A stretch of DNA of 63,972 nt, the filler included, from Olpidium bornovanus S191 (taxonomy: Eukaryota > Fungi > Olpidiomycota): NCBI GenBank assembly GCA_017911155.1. It is 25 parts of 25 records of this genome, joined end to end, with 100 filler letters (N's around TTAATTAATTAA, not from the genome) between each part and the next. Parts side by side here need not be neighbours in the genome. Positions count along the whole stretch, not along the records: positions 28,163 to 29,477 come from JAEFCI010011586.1; positions 29,578 to 31,141 come from JAEFCI010010415.1; positions 31,242 to 34,094 come from JAEFCI010004310.1; positions 34,195 to 35,255 come from JAEFCI010009671.1; positions 35,356 to 36,790 come from JAEFCI010007603.1; positions 36,891 to 38,026 come from JAEFCI010011110.1; positions 38,127 to 47,158 come from JAEFCI010004845.1; 18 more parts are not named here. One strand, written 5' to 3'. Positions 28,321 to 40,770 of the stretch are shown in pieces; within the stretch, counting starts at the first letter, position 1, and every line of letters starts with the position of its first letter. The position numbers and the translations under genes are program-made. Under the pieces are notes generated by a model. The model saw nothing but the letters and a program-made list of their open reading frames with translations, did no database searches and was not told where the DNA came from.

Positions 28321-29460
28321 TCATCGGCGTATCCCGGGCGCCGCGCCCTCGCGGGCCTCGGGCTCGAGAGTTCTGACGGTGTAAGGCACCGGCATGGCCA
28401 GCAGCTGAAGAACGTGCGCGGGCGGCGTCTCCTGGCGGGCCTGCTGATTTTTGATCGCAGCCGCGGCGCCGGTTGACCACCGACGTTTCGGGAGCCGACG
28501 GCGCGCCGCAGCGGAAGAAGCCGGCGGCGGGCGCTGCGGAGATTCCCCGCCGATCCTCCCGCCGGCCCTCGGGTTCGTCCACTCCGCCGCCTTCTGCCCC
28601 AACTCCGCCGCGACGCGCCTCAGCGCTCCCCGGAGCTTCCGAAACCACCCGTTCTGCCGGGCGAGGCGGACGGCCGCGGCCTCGGCCGGGGGACCAGCCG
28701 CCGCGTCGGCCAGCCCGCGTCCCGGTTCGTCGTTCCGCCGGTCGAGGGCAAAGCCGGGCGCCGCCGTCTTTTCGCAAACATGATCCCGCCGCCCCGGCAA
28801 CCGCGGCGCGCCCGGGCACGGAGCTTGCCGGCGGACAAGCGGAGGCGATGTCGGGACGTCGCTGTCCCACAGGCTGATGGACCGCTCCAGAAAGCTGTTC
28901 GGCGTAAATGGCCGGTCGCCGGAAACCCTTCCGTTCGCGGGCCGCCCGTTCGCGGATTGCAAACCCTGCTTGCCACCCGGCGGGAGATCGCTTTCCGGCT
29001 TTTCGCCGGGGCTGCAGATCGGTAACTCCGAATTAGACCTTGTCGACGGCCGGGAGACGGGATGTTCTTCGGTCCTCAGGCAACGATTGGCGACGGGGCC
29101 ATCGAAAGTCGGTGGCGAGGGAAAGGACGGTTTTAATTCAAACAGCACGCCGCTGTCGGGCCGGGCCGCCAGTTTCCTTTCTCTCGGAGCATAACCTCCG
29201 CTGCCCTCGTCTGCCGGAGTTGACTTTTCCTTGAGGTCGCATCGAAGGAGAGGCGCCGAAAGCTCCGATGCAGGCTCTTCGAGTTGCTCCGTCGGGTCGA
29301 TGACTCGGATTTTCGACGCCATCCTGCCAGCGGCGTGCGTGTTTCGGGGAATTGCGTGATCCGAGCTCCGTCTGCCACCGTTGACCGCAATTGGCCTCGA
29401 GCCGCGATGCCACCGCGGTAATGCGTACGCGCAAACCACATCGAAGGGCAGGCTGTCCAT
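28321..29460 (-). CDS. Hypothetical low-complexity protein
   Basis: 379-codon ORF, but overlapping frames are also open in this GC-rich DNA. MDSLPFDVVC is weakly F-box-like. Confidence 0.35.
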   Translation of the reverse strand: MDSLPFDVVCAYALPRWHRGSRPIAVNGGRRSSDHAIPRNTHAAGRMASKIRVIDPTEQLEEPASELSAPLLRCDLKEKSTPADEGSGGYAPRERKLAARPDSGVLFELKPSFPSPPTFDGPVANRCLRTEEHPVSRPSTRSNSELPICSPGEKPESDLPPGGKQGLQSANGRPANGRVSGDRPFTPNSFLERSISLWDSDVPTSPPLVRRQAPCPGAPRLPGRRDHVCEKTAAPGFALDRRNDEPGRGLADAAAGPPAEAAAVRLARQNGWFRKLRGALRRVAAELGQKAAEWTNPRAGGRIGGESPQRPPPASSAAARRRLPKRRWSTGAAAAIKNQQARQETPPAHVLQLLAMPVPYTVRTLEPEAREGAAPGIRR

Positions 29461-29883
29461 TCTGCAAAGAGGGGGGGNNNNNNNNNNNNNNNNNNNNNNN
29501 NNNNNNNNNNNNNNNNNNNNNTTAATTAATTAANNNNNNNNNNNNNNNNNNNNNNNNNNNNNNNNNNNNNNNNNNNNGTCTCCCGCGCCGGACGGCTTCC
29601 GTCCAGTGGCGGCGGCTCTCGCGCCGTGAGCGACGGTGTCGGTGAGCGGCGACGGCGACGACGCTTGAAGCGGCGGATGGCTTCCTCAGCGGAGAGGCCG
29701 AGACTCTTAATCTGTTACGTTCAGCTCAACGTTCTCTCGTGTATTTGCTATGGTTGACGGTTACAGCAGGGAGGTGCCGGGCGGTCAAAAAGAAAAAGAA
29801 AAAGAAAAAAAGGGGCAAAAACGAGGGCGCATATCTGAACACTTCCCCCTTCCCCGCAATTTTCCCGCGACCTTCCCCCACAG

Positions 29884-31141
29884 CCCCGGCGCCACCGCCC
29901 GCCCGCGGCTCTCTGCGCCAGCCGCCGCCGAAACGCCGGCGAGAGCCGAGATCATCAGTGGTCGTCCGCCGCCGAAACGCCGGCGAGAGCCGAGATCATC
30001 AGCCGTCGTCCGCCGCCGAAACGCCGGCCACAGCCGAGATCATCAGCGGTCGTCCACCACCGCCGCCGCCCCGGCTCGCCTCGGCCGGGACCGGAGGAGA
30101 ACGCGCCGCTCCAGACGCCCCGCGGGCCGGCTCGGCCGTCGCCCTGCGCTGCCTTTCGCCGGCCGCGAGGCGCGGCAGGACGGCTTCCCGTCGCTCGCCG
30201 GCCTGGCTGGCGACCCGGCTCCTCGGCGAGGCGTCGCTCCCGCCGCCGCACGAGCGGGAGGAGGCCGTGCTGCCGCCCCTTTCCGCGGCGGCGGGCTCTG
30301 GGGCGAAGCCGCCGGGAGTTCCGCGGCCGGCGTCGTCCCGGCAGGCGCGGCCGGGAGCGTGGCACAGGGGACCGGGTTCTCTCGACGTCCGGCGCGCCGG
30401 CCCGCTCGCGCTGGCGAACTTGCGGAGGAGCGTCTACCCGGCCGGCGGCGGCGGCGGCGGCAGGGCGCTTGCCGCAAGCGCGTTCTGGCCCCGGTGCTGC
30501 TTCCAGACGTGCCGGAACTTTTCGCCCCGCCGCGAGCGCCGCTGGCCGGCGCCAAGTCACCGCCTGCTGCGACAAGCGGGTTGCGCGCTTTCGCTTTTCG
30601 TGTTCGGGGCCTTGCTTACTTGCTTCGTCGCGGCGCCGTTCGTTTGGTCCGGCTACGCCGCCCGGGAGCGCGGCGGCGGACCGGGAAGAGCATCCGCCTT
30701 CTCGGACGGCATCCCAAACGCGGAAGGCTTAGGCCCGTTCACCGTGCACATGTCCGCGGCTTCGCGGGCGGCCGCGACTTCCGCGGGTCCCCCAAACGTC
30801 GTTCTGTACCGAATACTGGGCAACGACCTTCCACCAAGGCACAAGCCTGGCCAAACGCTCCAAAACCTGTTGTTCATTTTGGATAACGAGCCGGCCTTTC
30901 CCGATACCAGCAAATGGTGGGTTCTGAACCGCATTGTTGGCGGTCCCACAGAAAGAGCGGTCATGGATATCTTAGAACGTCGAGGGCAGCATTATATCCG
31001 CGTCCCGTTCGACGAAGCCGAATACGCCAAACGCGATTTGAGGCTAGACGATTTCCCACAGCCGGACTTTTTCCACACGTTGGATTACGAACGGGCGTCA
31101 AAGCTCTCAAAGTTGAGTGCCGTAGACTACATATACCATGA
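29884..31141 (+). CDS. Type II membrane protein with RILGNDLPPRH glycosyltransferase-like domain (partial at both ends)
   Basis: TM segment LSLFVFGALLTCFVAAPFVWSGY, then VLYRILGNDLPPRHKPGQTLQNLLFILDNEPAFPDTSKWWVLNRIV..YIRVPFDEAEY..VDYIYH. The 5' boundary is set at a CAG acceptor (29883). Confidence 0.75.
29922..30053 (+). repeat. Three tandem 44-bp units
   Basis: CCGCCGCCGAAACGCCGGC..AGCCGAGATCATCAG..GTCGT at 29922, 29966 and 30010. Confidence 0.95.
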
Positions 31142-31250
31142 NNNNNNNNNNNNNNNNNNNNNNNNNNNNNNNNNNNNNNNNNNNNTTAATTAATTAANNN
31201 NNNNNNNNNNNNNNNNNNNNNNNNNNNNNNNNNNNNNNNNNCCCGCGCCC

Positions 31251-31290
<40 letters not shown>

Positions 31291-31490
31291 CCCCCCCCCC
31301 CCCGCCCTCCTTCCTCTCCCTTTCCCGCGGCAGAGAGGGCGCGTGCGTGTTTTGCGTGCTTTCCGGCCCTTATCCCCTTCCCCTTATTTTGTCTTCCCGC
31401 CCTCTCTCTTTCCTTTCTCCTCCCGCCCCCTCCCCTCCCCTATACTTCCCTCATAACGCGGGAGAGAGAGGCAGAGCGAGAAACAGAGAC

Positions 31491-31523
<33 letters not shown>

Positions 31524-31552
31524 AAGTTTTAGAAAGAAAAAGAGGAGAAAAG

Positions 31553-31586
<34 letters not shown>

Positions 31587-32087
31587 GCATCAAAAATTCT
31601 CTTTCGCCCCGGCCCGCACCCCCAAAAGGAACGCCGGGGGGCCACACAGAAAAAGAACAAAAAAAAAAAAAAAAAAGAAGGTAAAAACGCTGCCTCCGCC
31701 TCTCGGGAGCCCGCCCACTGCCCTTGCCCCATCCCATCCCCGTCCCATCCCATCCCGTCGCGTCCCATCCCGGTCGACCGCCCGCCGCATCTTCCTGCCA
31801 CCCCCTTCCTCCCTCTCGCGAGACGCCCCCTCTGCCCGTATCCGCGTGTTGCGGACGCCTCTGCGCGCCTGCCCTTGCCGTGTCGCCGCTTCCCTCCGCG
31901 GCCCCCTCCCCCCAGACGACCGCTGGCCGTTAACCGTCGGTCCGCGCGGCTGCTCTCCCCTCGCCACCACCCCGGTTTCTTTGCCACCGCGCCCCCTGCT
32001 GATGCTGCCTCCCTTCCGTTTGCGTCCTATCGGTTTAAATGGCGTAGTCCAAGATAAACTAAAAGAAGCAATCGAGAAAGAAAAAAA

Positions 32088-33371
32088 ATGGGTCGCCGTC
32101 CCGCTCGCTGCGTACGTGTCCGAGCAGTCGCTCGGGAACCGTGTGTGTGCCACTGGTTGTTGCGGGCCCTCCCGTGCCAGCGCAAAATATGACGTCCGTT
32201 AATGCGTGGCGTCCTGCTGTTGCACAACCGTTATAGTACCGCTGGTGCAAAAACAAGCCGTATCCGAAATCCCGGTTCTGCCGCGGCGGTGAGTCTGGCT
32301 GCCCGTGGCGACGGGGAGCTCGCCAGGGGGGGGGAGCAACCGCTGTTGGTTATAGGGGCGAACCAGCCAGAAACGTGTGTGTGTCTGACTCTTCCCGCCC
32401 GTGTGCAAAACAATCACCGCAGTCCCCGATCCGAAGATCCGGATTTTTGACCTGGGCCGCAAGAAGGCCAGCGTCGACGAGTTCCCGCTTTGCGTCCATC
32501 TCGTCTCCGATGAGAAGCAGCAGATTTCGAGTGAGGCCCTCGAGGCGGCCCGAATCTGTGCCAACAAATACATTGTCAAGAGCGCTGGCAAAGACTCGTT
32601 CCACATGCGCGTTCGCGTCCACCCCTGTACGTGGACCTCATTTGCTCGTGTCGCCTTTTCTCGCGCAACCCGCGGGCGCGTTGGTTTTGCGCGCAGCTAA
32701 GACGCTGGATTTCGCCTTTTGGGTAATGTTTAGTCCATGTGATTCGCATCAATAAGATGTTGTCCTGCGCCGGTGCTGATCGGTATGTCGCATAGTGTGC
32801 TCTTGTCAAGGGGCGAGGAGGGCCAGAGAAATAATCTATGAAATCGCTAAATTTTTTCTTCCTCTGTTTTGCTTCCGCCAGTTTGCAGACCGGCATGCGG
32901 GGCGCGTTCGGTAAGCCTGCCGGTACTGTCGCCCGTGTCAAGATTGGCCAGATTCTTTTGTCCATCCGAACGAAGGACGCAAACAAAGCGCACGTCATTG
33001 AGGCGCTCCGCCGGTTGGTGAACACTTTGTGCGGATCGTGTTTGGTGCCGTGCGTTTCCGTCACCTGTGTAACAGGATTGGTCCTACCGCAGTTGCAAGT
33101 ACAAGTTCCCGGGCCGCCAGAATATCATTGTTTCGAAAAAGTGGGGTTTCACAAAGCTCTCGCGCGAGGATTACGTCACCGAGCGCGCCGCCGGTCGCCT
33201 CCAACCGGATGGGTGCTACGTCAAATGTGGGTTCCGTTCTTGCTGATTCATTTGGTTGGGCAGGCGTTCCGCATGTCCGCTGAATCGGGTTGGTTACCCT
33301 TTGTTCCGAACATAGACCTCACCGAGCACGGGCCGCTCGAAAATTATTTCCGGCGCGTGGAGCGGGCTTAA
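32088..33371 (+). CDS. RPL10: 60S ribosomal protein uL16 (L10)
   Basis: Seven exons: [76 protein letters not shown]../[14 protein letters not shown]../..[15 protein letters not shown]. Confidence 0.99.
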
Positions 33372-34450
33372 AGGCTGTCCGATGACCGTTTCCTCGCGGT
33401 GCGATGCGCTGCACGATAGTGCTTCTATTCTAATCTGCTGCCGCCCTGTGTGTACTTCAATGTGGACCGCGAGAATGGAAATCTTCCTGTCCAAGCTTTG
33501 TTTTCCAGTTGGCACCGCGGCGGAGGATTTCGTTGTTGTGGTCGCGATGTGATGTTTGGTTCGTTGATTCCGGCGTGATTCCGTCTCAACACATAGGACC
33601 GACCACCTGCGGCGCACGTTTCCAAAACCTCGATTGAGTCACGGTGGGGCGGGATTATCCGCTTCCAGGCTGGTTGTCATCCATTTACGCCGGGATTATC
33701 CCGTTTCTGAGGTTCATGCGTCATGGTTTCGTTTTCCGTGTCTCTTCCCAGTTGAACCAAAATCCACAAATTCTCCAAAAAGCTAGCGGTCACGTGTATA
33801 AAATCACTGCCTGAGGATGTGTCAAAAATCAGGAAAAAACGAATAGATTAAACGATGAAAATATTAAAGTTTTGCTATCCAGGCAGTTTTGGTCCGTGGG
33901 AGGTACTTTTCTCAAGAAAAGCTCCCAAAACGGGCGAAAAACGACTGGAAGACACGTAACGGCTAGCCCTATTGCGGAGCGGCACCACCAACCATCAGCT
34001 AATCATTGACTTCGTATGCTTTCAAATCGCTTTGTGATGAAACCGGGGCCCAATTTTGGGAACCAGTAGCTAAAAACTCTCCTTAGTTCATGCGNNNNNN
34101 NNNNNNNNNNNNNNNNNNNNNNNNNNNNNNNNNNNNNNTTAATTAATTAANNNNNNNNNNNNNNNNNNNNNNNNNNNNNNNNNNNNNNNNNNNNCATGCT
34201 AGGCCACACAGTCCTTGCCGCGTGCCCCCACGTGCACCACACGGAGGAGATAGTTATGGAGCCTGTCGGGCTGGGAATAACCCACCCTACTCCCACCGTG
34301 GGTCATTCCTATGTCGTGCCCCAACAAGCACCGGTGGCAATCCAAATAAAACAGAAACAAAGAACACTAATGGCGGTCAACAGAAAACGAAAAAAGGCTG
34401 TCGATAAATGCGATCAAAAGAGGAAAAGCCTAGGCCGTCCTAAACAAAAT

Positions 34451-34572
34451 AAAATCTGAATCGGGAAATCCAGAGCATCTGGGAATCTGGCGAATCCGGC
34501 TAGCCCAGATGCGAATCCGGTGAATCCGGTGAATCCGGTGAATTGGATGAATCCAGGGAATCCTGCGCATCC
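34451..34572 (-). repeat. Degenerate 9-bp array (GGATTCNNN on the minus strand), followed by a 39/40-bp direct duplication at 34573-34651
   Basis: gaatccggt x3, gaatccagg and gaatcctgc. The duplication is cgcgaattttgggga..aacgctccggaagaaaaaaag twice. Confidence 0.8.
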
Positions 34573-35355
34573 CGCGAATTTTGGGGAATAAAACGCTCCG
34601 GAAGAAAAAAAGCGCGAATTTTGGGGAAGAAACGCTCCGGAAGAAAAAAAGAGGGAGCGGGTGGGCGAGTGCAACGCTCCGAAGCGCTGCGCCGCACAAA
34701 ACGCAAATCGGACCCCGCTCGGCACGTGACAAGAGACCCGCTCGGGCGTAGACAGTGCATGATGGACAGGACCACGGTCAGCATTGCAGACGTCTCGCAC
34801 GGCCATGGCGGGGACGTGCACCCGCAAGCTGGCCAGGATAAACGGGTCCTTGCTGGGGGCCGCAGTAGACATGTACGACCCCTCTGCCTCTGCCTCTGCA
34901 AAGGTTTCGACGAGGCCTCCGTGCCTCGTGTACGAGACATCCTGATGCATGAGCTGACCCACGGGCGCATAGGCAAGGTCGCCAAGAAGGCACGGGTGGC
35001 CGCGTACGATGCCACGATCTCCTCCGCGGAACCCAGGCCACGGCAGTCGCAGGGGCCAAAAATCGCAGGGCAACGTGGCATTTGGCGTGGATATGGGGTT
35101 GCCCCGGTCCGAGGGTTAGCAAGCTGTCTGCGACCATGCAGCAGTCGGCCCTGGATGCCCCACTCGGTCACGGAGGCAGCCGGGCTGAACTTTGCCTCCA
35201 CCGTGGTGGCGGGGGGAAGAGCTGTTGAGTCGTCGTCCGACGACCCCGCGGCGGCNNNNNNNNNNNNNNNNNNNNNNNNNNNNNNNNNNNNNNNNNNNNT
35301 TAATTAATTAANNNNNNNNNNNNNNNNNNNNNNNNNNNNNNNNNNNNNNNNNNNN

Positions 35356-36459
35356 AGTTTATCGTCGACGCGCGTATTCTCCGCGGTCGACAGGAAGAAA
35401 TCTACAATCTCGGCGATGTACTTGGAAAGGAACGGAGCCTCCTGGAAAACGCAACGGAATTGGCCAAACGACCATGTCAGACGGTCCCACAAAACACTCA
35501 CCGCACTTCCAAAAGGTGTTTCGAAAACCTACGTTTTGAAGCAGGGAATCGAATACCTCGAAGCCGAGGTCCGCAGACTCCTCGTCATTCTCGTTCAGAC
35601 ACTGCTGCATTACGCTGACCATGGCCGGGACAAGCTCGCGGAAGGCGGCTACGTCCCGCTTGTTCTCAGGCTCGATGTAGTCCGAAAGGCGGCCAAGAGC
35701 CTGCAGGGTGGTAACGCGGACTTCCTTGCTCTCGGGGTCATGGAGGCCGCGGGCAAAAAGACCAAGCAGGTCGTGGGCGTGCTCGGCAAAAGTGTTGCCG
35801 ACGACGTCAAATAAGGTGAAGAGCACATAGTACCCGACCTCGCGGTGACCCGCGGTGGGGGCCTGGCAGCAGGAATGGAGGAACTGAACGAGGTCGTTCC
35901 AGCGTTGAGCGGGGACCTCAGTTTTTGCGATGGTAGAGATGACCCGCGCGGTCGAGTGGCGCACGAGGTTCTCGGGCTCCTGCAGGATGCACTGCAGCAG
36001 CGCACGCTTGATCTGCTCCCGGCTCGCCTCGTCGACCTGCGACCAGAACGTCGCGACCCGCTTTCGCAGCTCGACCGCGGCGAGCTGGCGGACCTGCGCG
36101 TCCCGCGAGTTCTGCAGGAGCTCCACGAGCGCGGGCACGCAGGCCGGCTTGCAGAAAAACTGCGCTTTAAGCGTTGTCGTCGCAGTGCGGATGCGCGCCG
36201 AATCCGGGTTGGCGGACGTCAGCTGCGCGAGCAGCTGCTCGAGGTGGCTGAGGAACTGCACCTGCTGCGTGCAGTGGGTGTGGGTCGGGGCCCTTCCCAC
36301 GTCAGCACGCGAGCGTGAAACGACGACGCAAAACGGCCGGCCCCTCCTCCCCCCCTTTCCCCTTTCCCTGCCCTCAGTTTCTCAAAAGCACGCCGCGGCC
36401 ACGTTCGACCTCTGCCTCCTCGGTGCCTCTCTGGTGCCCGCACTTACGTCCGTCGTCAT
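35356..36459 (-). CDS. KAP123: Importin-beta family Kap123/importin-4, N-terminal part (3' partial)
   Basis: 12-nt first exon MTTD (36459-36448), then QVQFLSHLEQLL..VRQLAAVELRKRV..VRHSTARVISTIAK..WNDL..HREVGYYVLFTL..ESKEVRVTTLQAL (HEAT repeats). Confidence 0.9.
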
Positions 36460-36613
36460 CCTGCTGGGCTTCGCACGCGCGCAGCACCGCCGTCGGTCGG
36501 TCAGAGGTGGGTTTCGGTTCCGCACACGCCGCACTGTCTTCCTGCACCCGGCGTTTCTGGGCTGGTTCGCGTGCGCACTCTTTGCGTCCCCCCTTCTTCC
36601 CCCTTGAAGGAGA

Positions 36614-36669
<56 letters not shown>

Positions 36670-38565
36670 AAAAAAAAAAAAAAGGGGGGAGAGAGAAGGA
36701 AGTGGAGAACGTCGACGCCCGAAGGAGCGACAAAGCGGCGATGTCAAGCAAAGAAGGAGAAGCGAGCGAAGGAGCTGAAGGACCGTGGAGNNNNNNNNNN
36801 NNNNNNNNNNNNNNNNNNNNNNNNNNNNNNNNNNTTAATTAATTAANNNNNNNNNNNNNNNNNNNNNNNNNNNNNNNNNNNNNNNNNNNNCAGCCCCTGT
36901 TTTGTTTTTTTTTTTTTTTTTTTTTTTGGTTCGTGCGGAGCTCGCAAATTTGCGGTTTATGCTGTTTTTGACAAAGCCGAGTCCTTTTATCTCCGGACGA
37001 AATATGCACACTTGCGTTGTTATTAACCGACCGGCTCACGAGAAAGCGTTGACGTTATTTTCGGGCCGAACAGTCAGGAACCGGCGCCCTGATACCCGCT
37101 GAATCCCCGCTTACACGGCCTAAGCTCCCCTGTGACATCGAAAGTGATTTTACCCCTTCTGCCCGTGGTTTCCACGCCGGCTTTTCTTTTTTTGGTTTAA
37201 ATTGCAGATCCCCCGTTGAGTGCCTCGCTCCGTTGGTCATCGACATCAAGGGGCGAGATTTTTATTGTTCTCTAAAATGCGGCGTGGGAGAGGAGGGCGA
37301 GTGGGAGGGAAAGTTCGCACGTCAAACCTGACGGTCGGAAGCGATGCCCGGCTACCTGCTTATCACCCCTGGCCCGTGGGCGGAGCGCCGGCGGCAGTCT
37401 TTTTGACCCCCCCCGCCGTACCCAGGGGATTCGTCGCTAGCGCCACAGGTGGCCCCGCTTTGCTGCCCCCCCCGCCCCCCCCTGCCTCCCCATTCGCCTC
37501 TCACGCACGCGCACGCACACGCTGGAATCGCGTGGATCACCAGGCGGGTCCCCTCCCTTTGATCGGGAAGACGGTCCTTTCGCCGGCCAGCCGGCCGAAA
37601 CGGTTGCCGGTGGGGGGCCGATAAGGGGGGGGGGGGGTGCACCCTCCTCTCCGGCTCCGTTGGTCAAAAGCTCCCCTCGGGGTCGCGAAAGAAAAAAAAT
37701 TCGCTGCTGCGACAAACCCGCGGACCCCGCCCGCCGCCCAACCAGCGCCCCACCAGGCGGCCCCCCCCCCCTCCCTTTCTGGCCAAAGAAAGCCGTCGCC
37801 GGACGCCCCGCGAGGCGCAGCTAGCCTTTTTGCTTCTCCTTCTCCCCGCTTGGATGTCCTCCGCGTAACCCCGGGCGGTGCGAACGAATGTCCGAACTGG
37901 TAGGGTATTTTGGGGGAACGATTCTCGTGCCGAATCGGCGGATCTTTCGCGGACCGGGGGGGGGGGGGGGGGGGGGGGGGAGTTCCCCCCCAACGGGGAA
38001 AACGGGGCCCCGGGCCCCCCCCCCCCNNNNNNNNNNNNNNNNNNNNNNNNNNNNNNNNNNNNNNNNNNNNTTAATTAATTAANNNNNNNNNNNNNNNNNN
38101 NNNNNNNNNNNNNNNNNNNNNNNNNNAGAAAGAGGAAAAAAAAAAAAAAAAAAACAAAAAAAAAAAAAAAAAAAAGGAAATGGGAAAAGGGGGCCAAAAT
38201 TTTCCACGCGCTTCCATTTCTGGTCCCCCCGCCGGCCCCCCTCTGCTCTTCCCCGTCCCCCGTCCACCTCCCCGTGCAGGGCCGTTCCCCCGTCCCGCCC
38301 TGCTCCTGCGCTCCTCGCGCGGCTCCTGCCCTCCGGCGAAAAACGCACGTTCGCTCCTGCGCGCCGCCCCTTGCCCTCCGCCTCCTCCCCGGGCCGCCCG
38401 CCTTTTGCCGTCTCTGTGAGGGTACGGTGTGCGGCCGGCGTGTTCCCTCCGCCAAAGGGATAGCGCGCGCCCCCCCCCGCCCCACCCCCCGCAGAGCAGT
38501 GGGGCTCGCACGAGTTCGGCTGATTCGGGTTCGCAAGCTGAAACTTACGTTATTTGCTTCTTCCT

Positions 38566-38566
<1 letters not shown>

Positions 38567-38631
<65 letters not shown>
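38567..38631. repeat. (CT)n microsatellite just upstream of YDJ1
   Basis: Read directly. Confidence 0.95.
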
Positions 38632-38633
<2 letters not shown>

Positions 38634-38717
38634 AACGATTGTCACTTTCTGTGTCGTAGACGGACCGTCGAAACGCCGTACAGTCGACACCGTGAAGCGT
38701 GTCCTGCCCGTCGCGCA

Positions 38718-40482
38718 ATGGTTAGGGAAACAAAACTTTACGACCAGCTCGGGGTCTCCCCCGACGCGACGGAAAATGAGCTGAAGAGGGTCCGTCTTCC
38801 CCCCCCAAACGCCGCCGCCCAGCCTTTTTTCGAGCGCCGCTGCCCCCTGTTTTTCCAGTATGGTTACGGCGAAGCCTGGAAAAGTGCAATCGGTTTACGG
38901 AATTTGCCTGAAATTTCCCCCTATTCCCCGCCCTTTGCAGGCTTACAAAAAGCTTGCTATGCAATACCATCCAGATAAGGTACGGAAAAAGTTTGCAGGG
39001 AAGGCCGGGACGTTTGACCTCGCGCAACCCCGGTTGCGGGACCGGCGTGCCTGGATGCGTGCTGATGTATATAAGTTGTCTCCGGAATTGCTCTGCAGAA
39101 CCCTGATGCCGGAGACAAATTCAAAGGTATGCCGGTTGCATTTGCAGCAATGGGCCGTCTGTCTTGGGAGCGCCGAACTCAAACCTGCCTTTGCCTGTAA
39201 AGAGCGAACTTTTGGCTAACTGCTAGTTTCTCCGGTTTAGAAATTTCCCACGCGTACGAGGTTCTCTCTGATCCCGAAAAGCGACAAGGATATGACCGCT
39301 TTGGCGAGGAAGGCATCGGCGCCGGAGGGGGAGGGGGCGTCTCGCCGGAGGACCTCTTTTCTCACATCTTCGGTGGCGCGTTCGGCGGCGGCATGCGACA
39401 ATCACGTACGCGGCGGGGAAAGGACCTGAGCCACGCCCTCCAGGTGTCACTCGAAGACCTGTACCGGGGCAAGACGTCTAAGCTGGCTTTGCAGAAGACG
39501 GTAATCTGTTTCAAGTGCGACGGAAAGGGAGGGCGGGACGGAGCCGTCAGGACGTGCGGCGGCTGCGGCGGTCGAGGTGTCAGGATCATTATGCGGCAGC
39601 TCGGCCCCATGCTGCAGCAGATTCAGCAGCCGTGCAACGAGTGCAACGGAGAGGGGGAAACGATCAATGAGCGTGACAAGTGCAAGGAGTGCAACGGACG
39701 CAAGATAGTTTCGCAGCGCAAGGTGCTGGAAGTCTTCGTCGATAAGGGCATGCGAGATGGACAGAAGATCTCCTTCCAGGGCGAAGGTGACCAGATGCCC
39801 GGTATCGAGCCTGGGGACGTGAATATCATTATTCAAGAGAAGCGCCACGACCGCTTCCGCAGGAACGGGGATGATCTCTTCTACGTCGCCCACATTGACC
39901 TCTTAACTGCACTGGCAGGGGGGCAGTTCATTGTCCCCCATCTTGACGACCGTGTGCTTCTCGTCAATATTGAGCCGGGGGAGGTCATTCGACCCGGTAA
40001 GCAATCCGTGGTCGTGATCCGTCGGCTCAGGGAAACGTTTCCTATGTGCGTATTCACATTTTCTTTCACTACCAGGCGAGAAGAAGGCTGTTCTGAACGA
40101 GGGGATGCCCACGCTTCGTCACCACAATTACGGCAACCTGTACATTGAGTTCGAGGTCGAGTTCCCACCACCGCGCTGGACCACGCCGGAAAGAATCTCT
40201 AAGCTTGAAGCAATCTTACCCGCCAGGCAGCCGTTGCCTAACACGGCAGGTGCCGAGGTGGAGGAGGTCGTTCTTGCCGACCTGGACACGCGCCAGCAGC
40301 AGCGCGCGGCCGAGGCCGGAGCTGCGGACGAGGAAGACGACGGCCATCCCGGGGCCGGCGTGCAAGTAAGTTATGCCGCGCGGGCAGCTCTGTTGTTGTG
40401 CTTTTTTCTAGGAGTATACAATGTGATTTGCCGCGACTAACGGGGCCTTTTTTTCCCTTTTTACCAGTGCGCCCAGCAATGA
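38718..40482 (+). CDS. YDJ1: Type I Hsp40 (DnaJ) Ydj1/DNAJA with farnesylation motif
   Basis: MVRETKLYDQLGV/AYKKLAMQYHPDK/NPDAGDKFK/EISHAYEVLSD. Four CxxCxGxG zinc repeats and C-terminal domain. Terminal exon 40468-40482 encodes CAQQ*. Confidence 0.98.
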
Positions 40483-40674
40483 CAGGGACGAAGTGTGGGG
40501 GAGAGGGGAGGGATACTCTCCGACGAGCATAATACTTACAGTATTTCAAAAATTCCATTCTGTTTCTGCCACGTAGATGCGCTTTTGCGTATCCCGAGGG
40601 TGAGGGTTGGGTCGGGGGAATACCACGAGCTTTCATCCCACCTTTCCGTCCCTTTGGCCATGTACAGTATCCAG

Positions 40675-40770
40675 GTTTAGGAACCGGACCAAACAAAGCA
40701 AGACATGCTTGATGACGTTGCAGTTTAGGAACCGGACCAAACAAAGCAAGACATGCCTGATGAAGTTGCA
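40675..40770. repeat. 48-bp tandem duplication (two mismatches), intergenic
   Basis: gtttaggaaccggaccaaacaaagcaagacatgc(t/c)tgatga(c/a)gttgca twice. Confidence 0.95.

Noticed and set aside
29922-30053. Repeat arrays as CRISPR (also 8355-8520)
   Set aside because: They are head-to-tail units without unique spacers, there are no cas genes, and the context is eukaryotic.
34948-34962. HELTH as a zinc metalloprotease motif
   Set aside because: There is no supporting WLM, SprT or zincin context, and opposite-strand frames are equally open.
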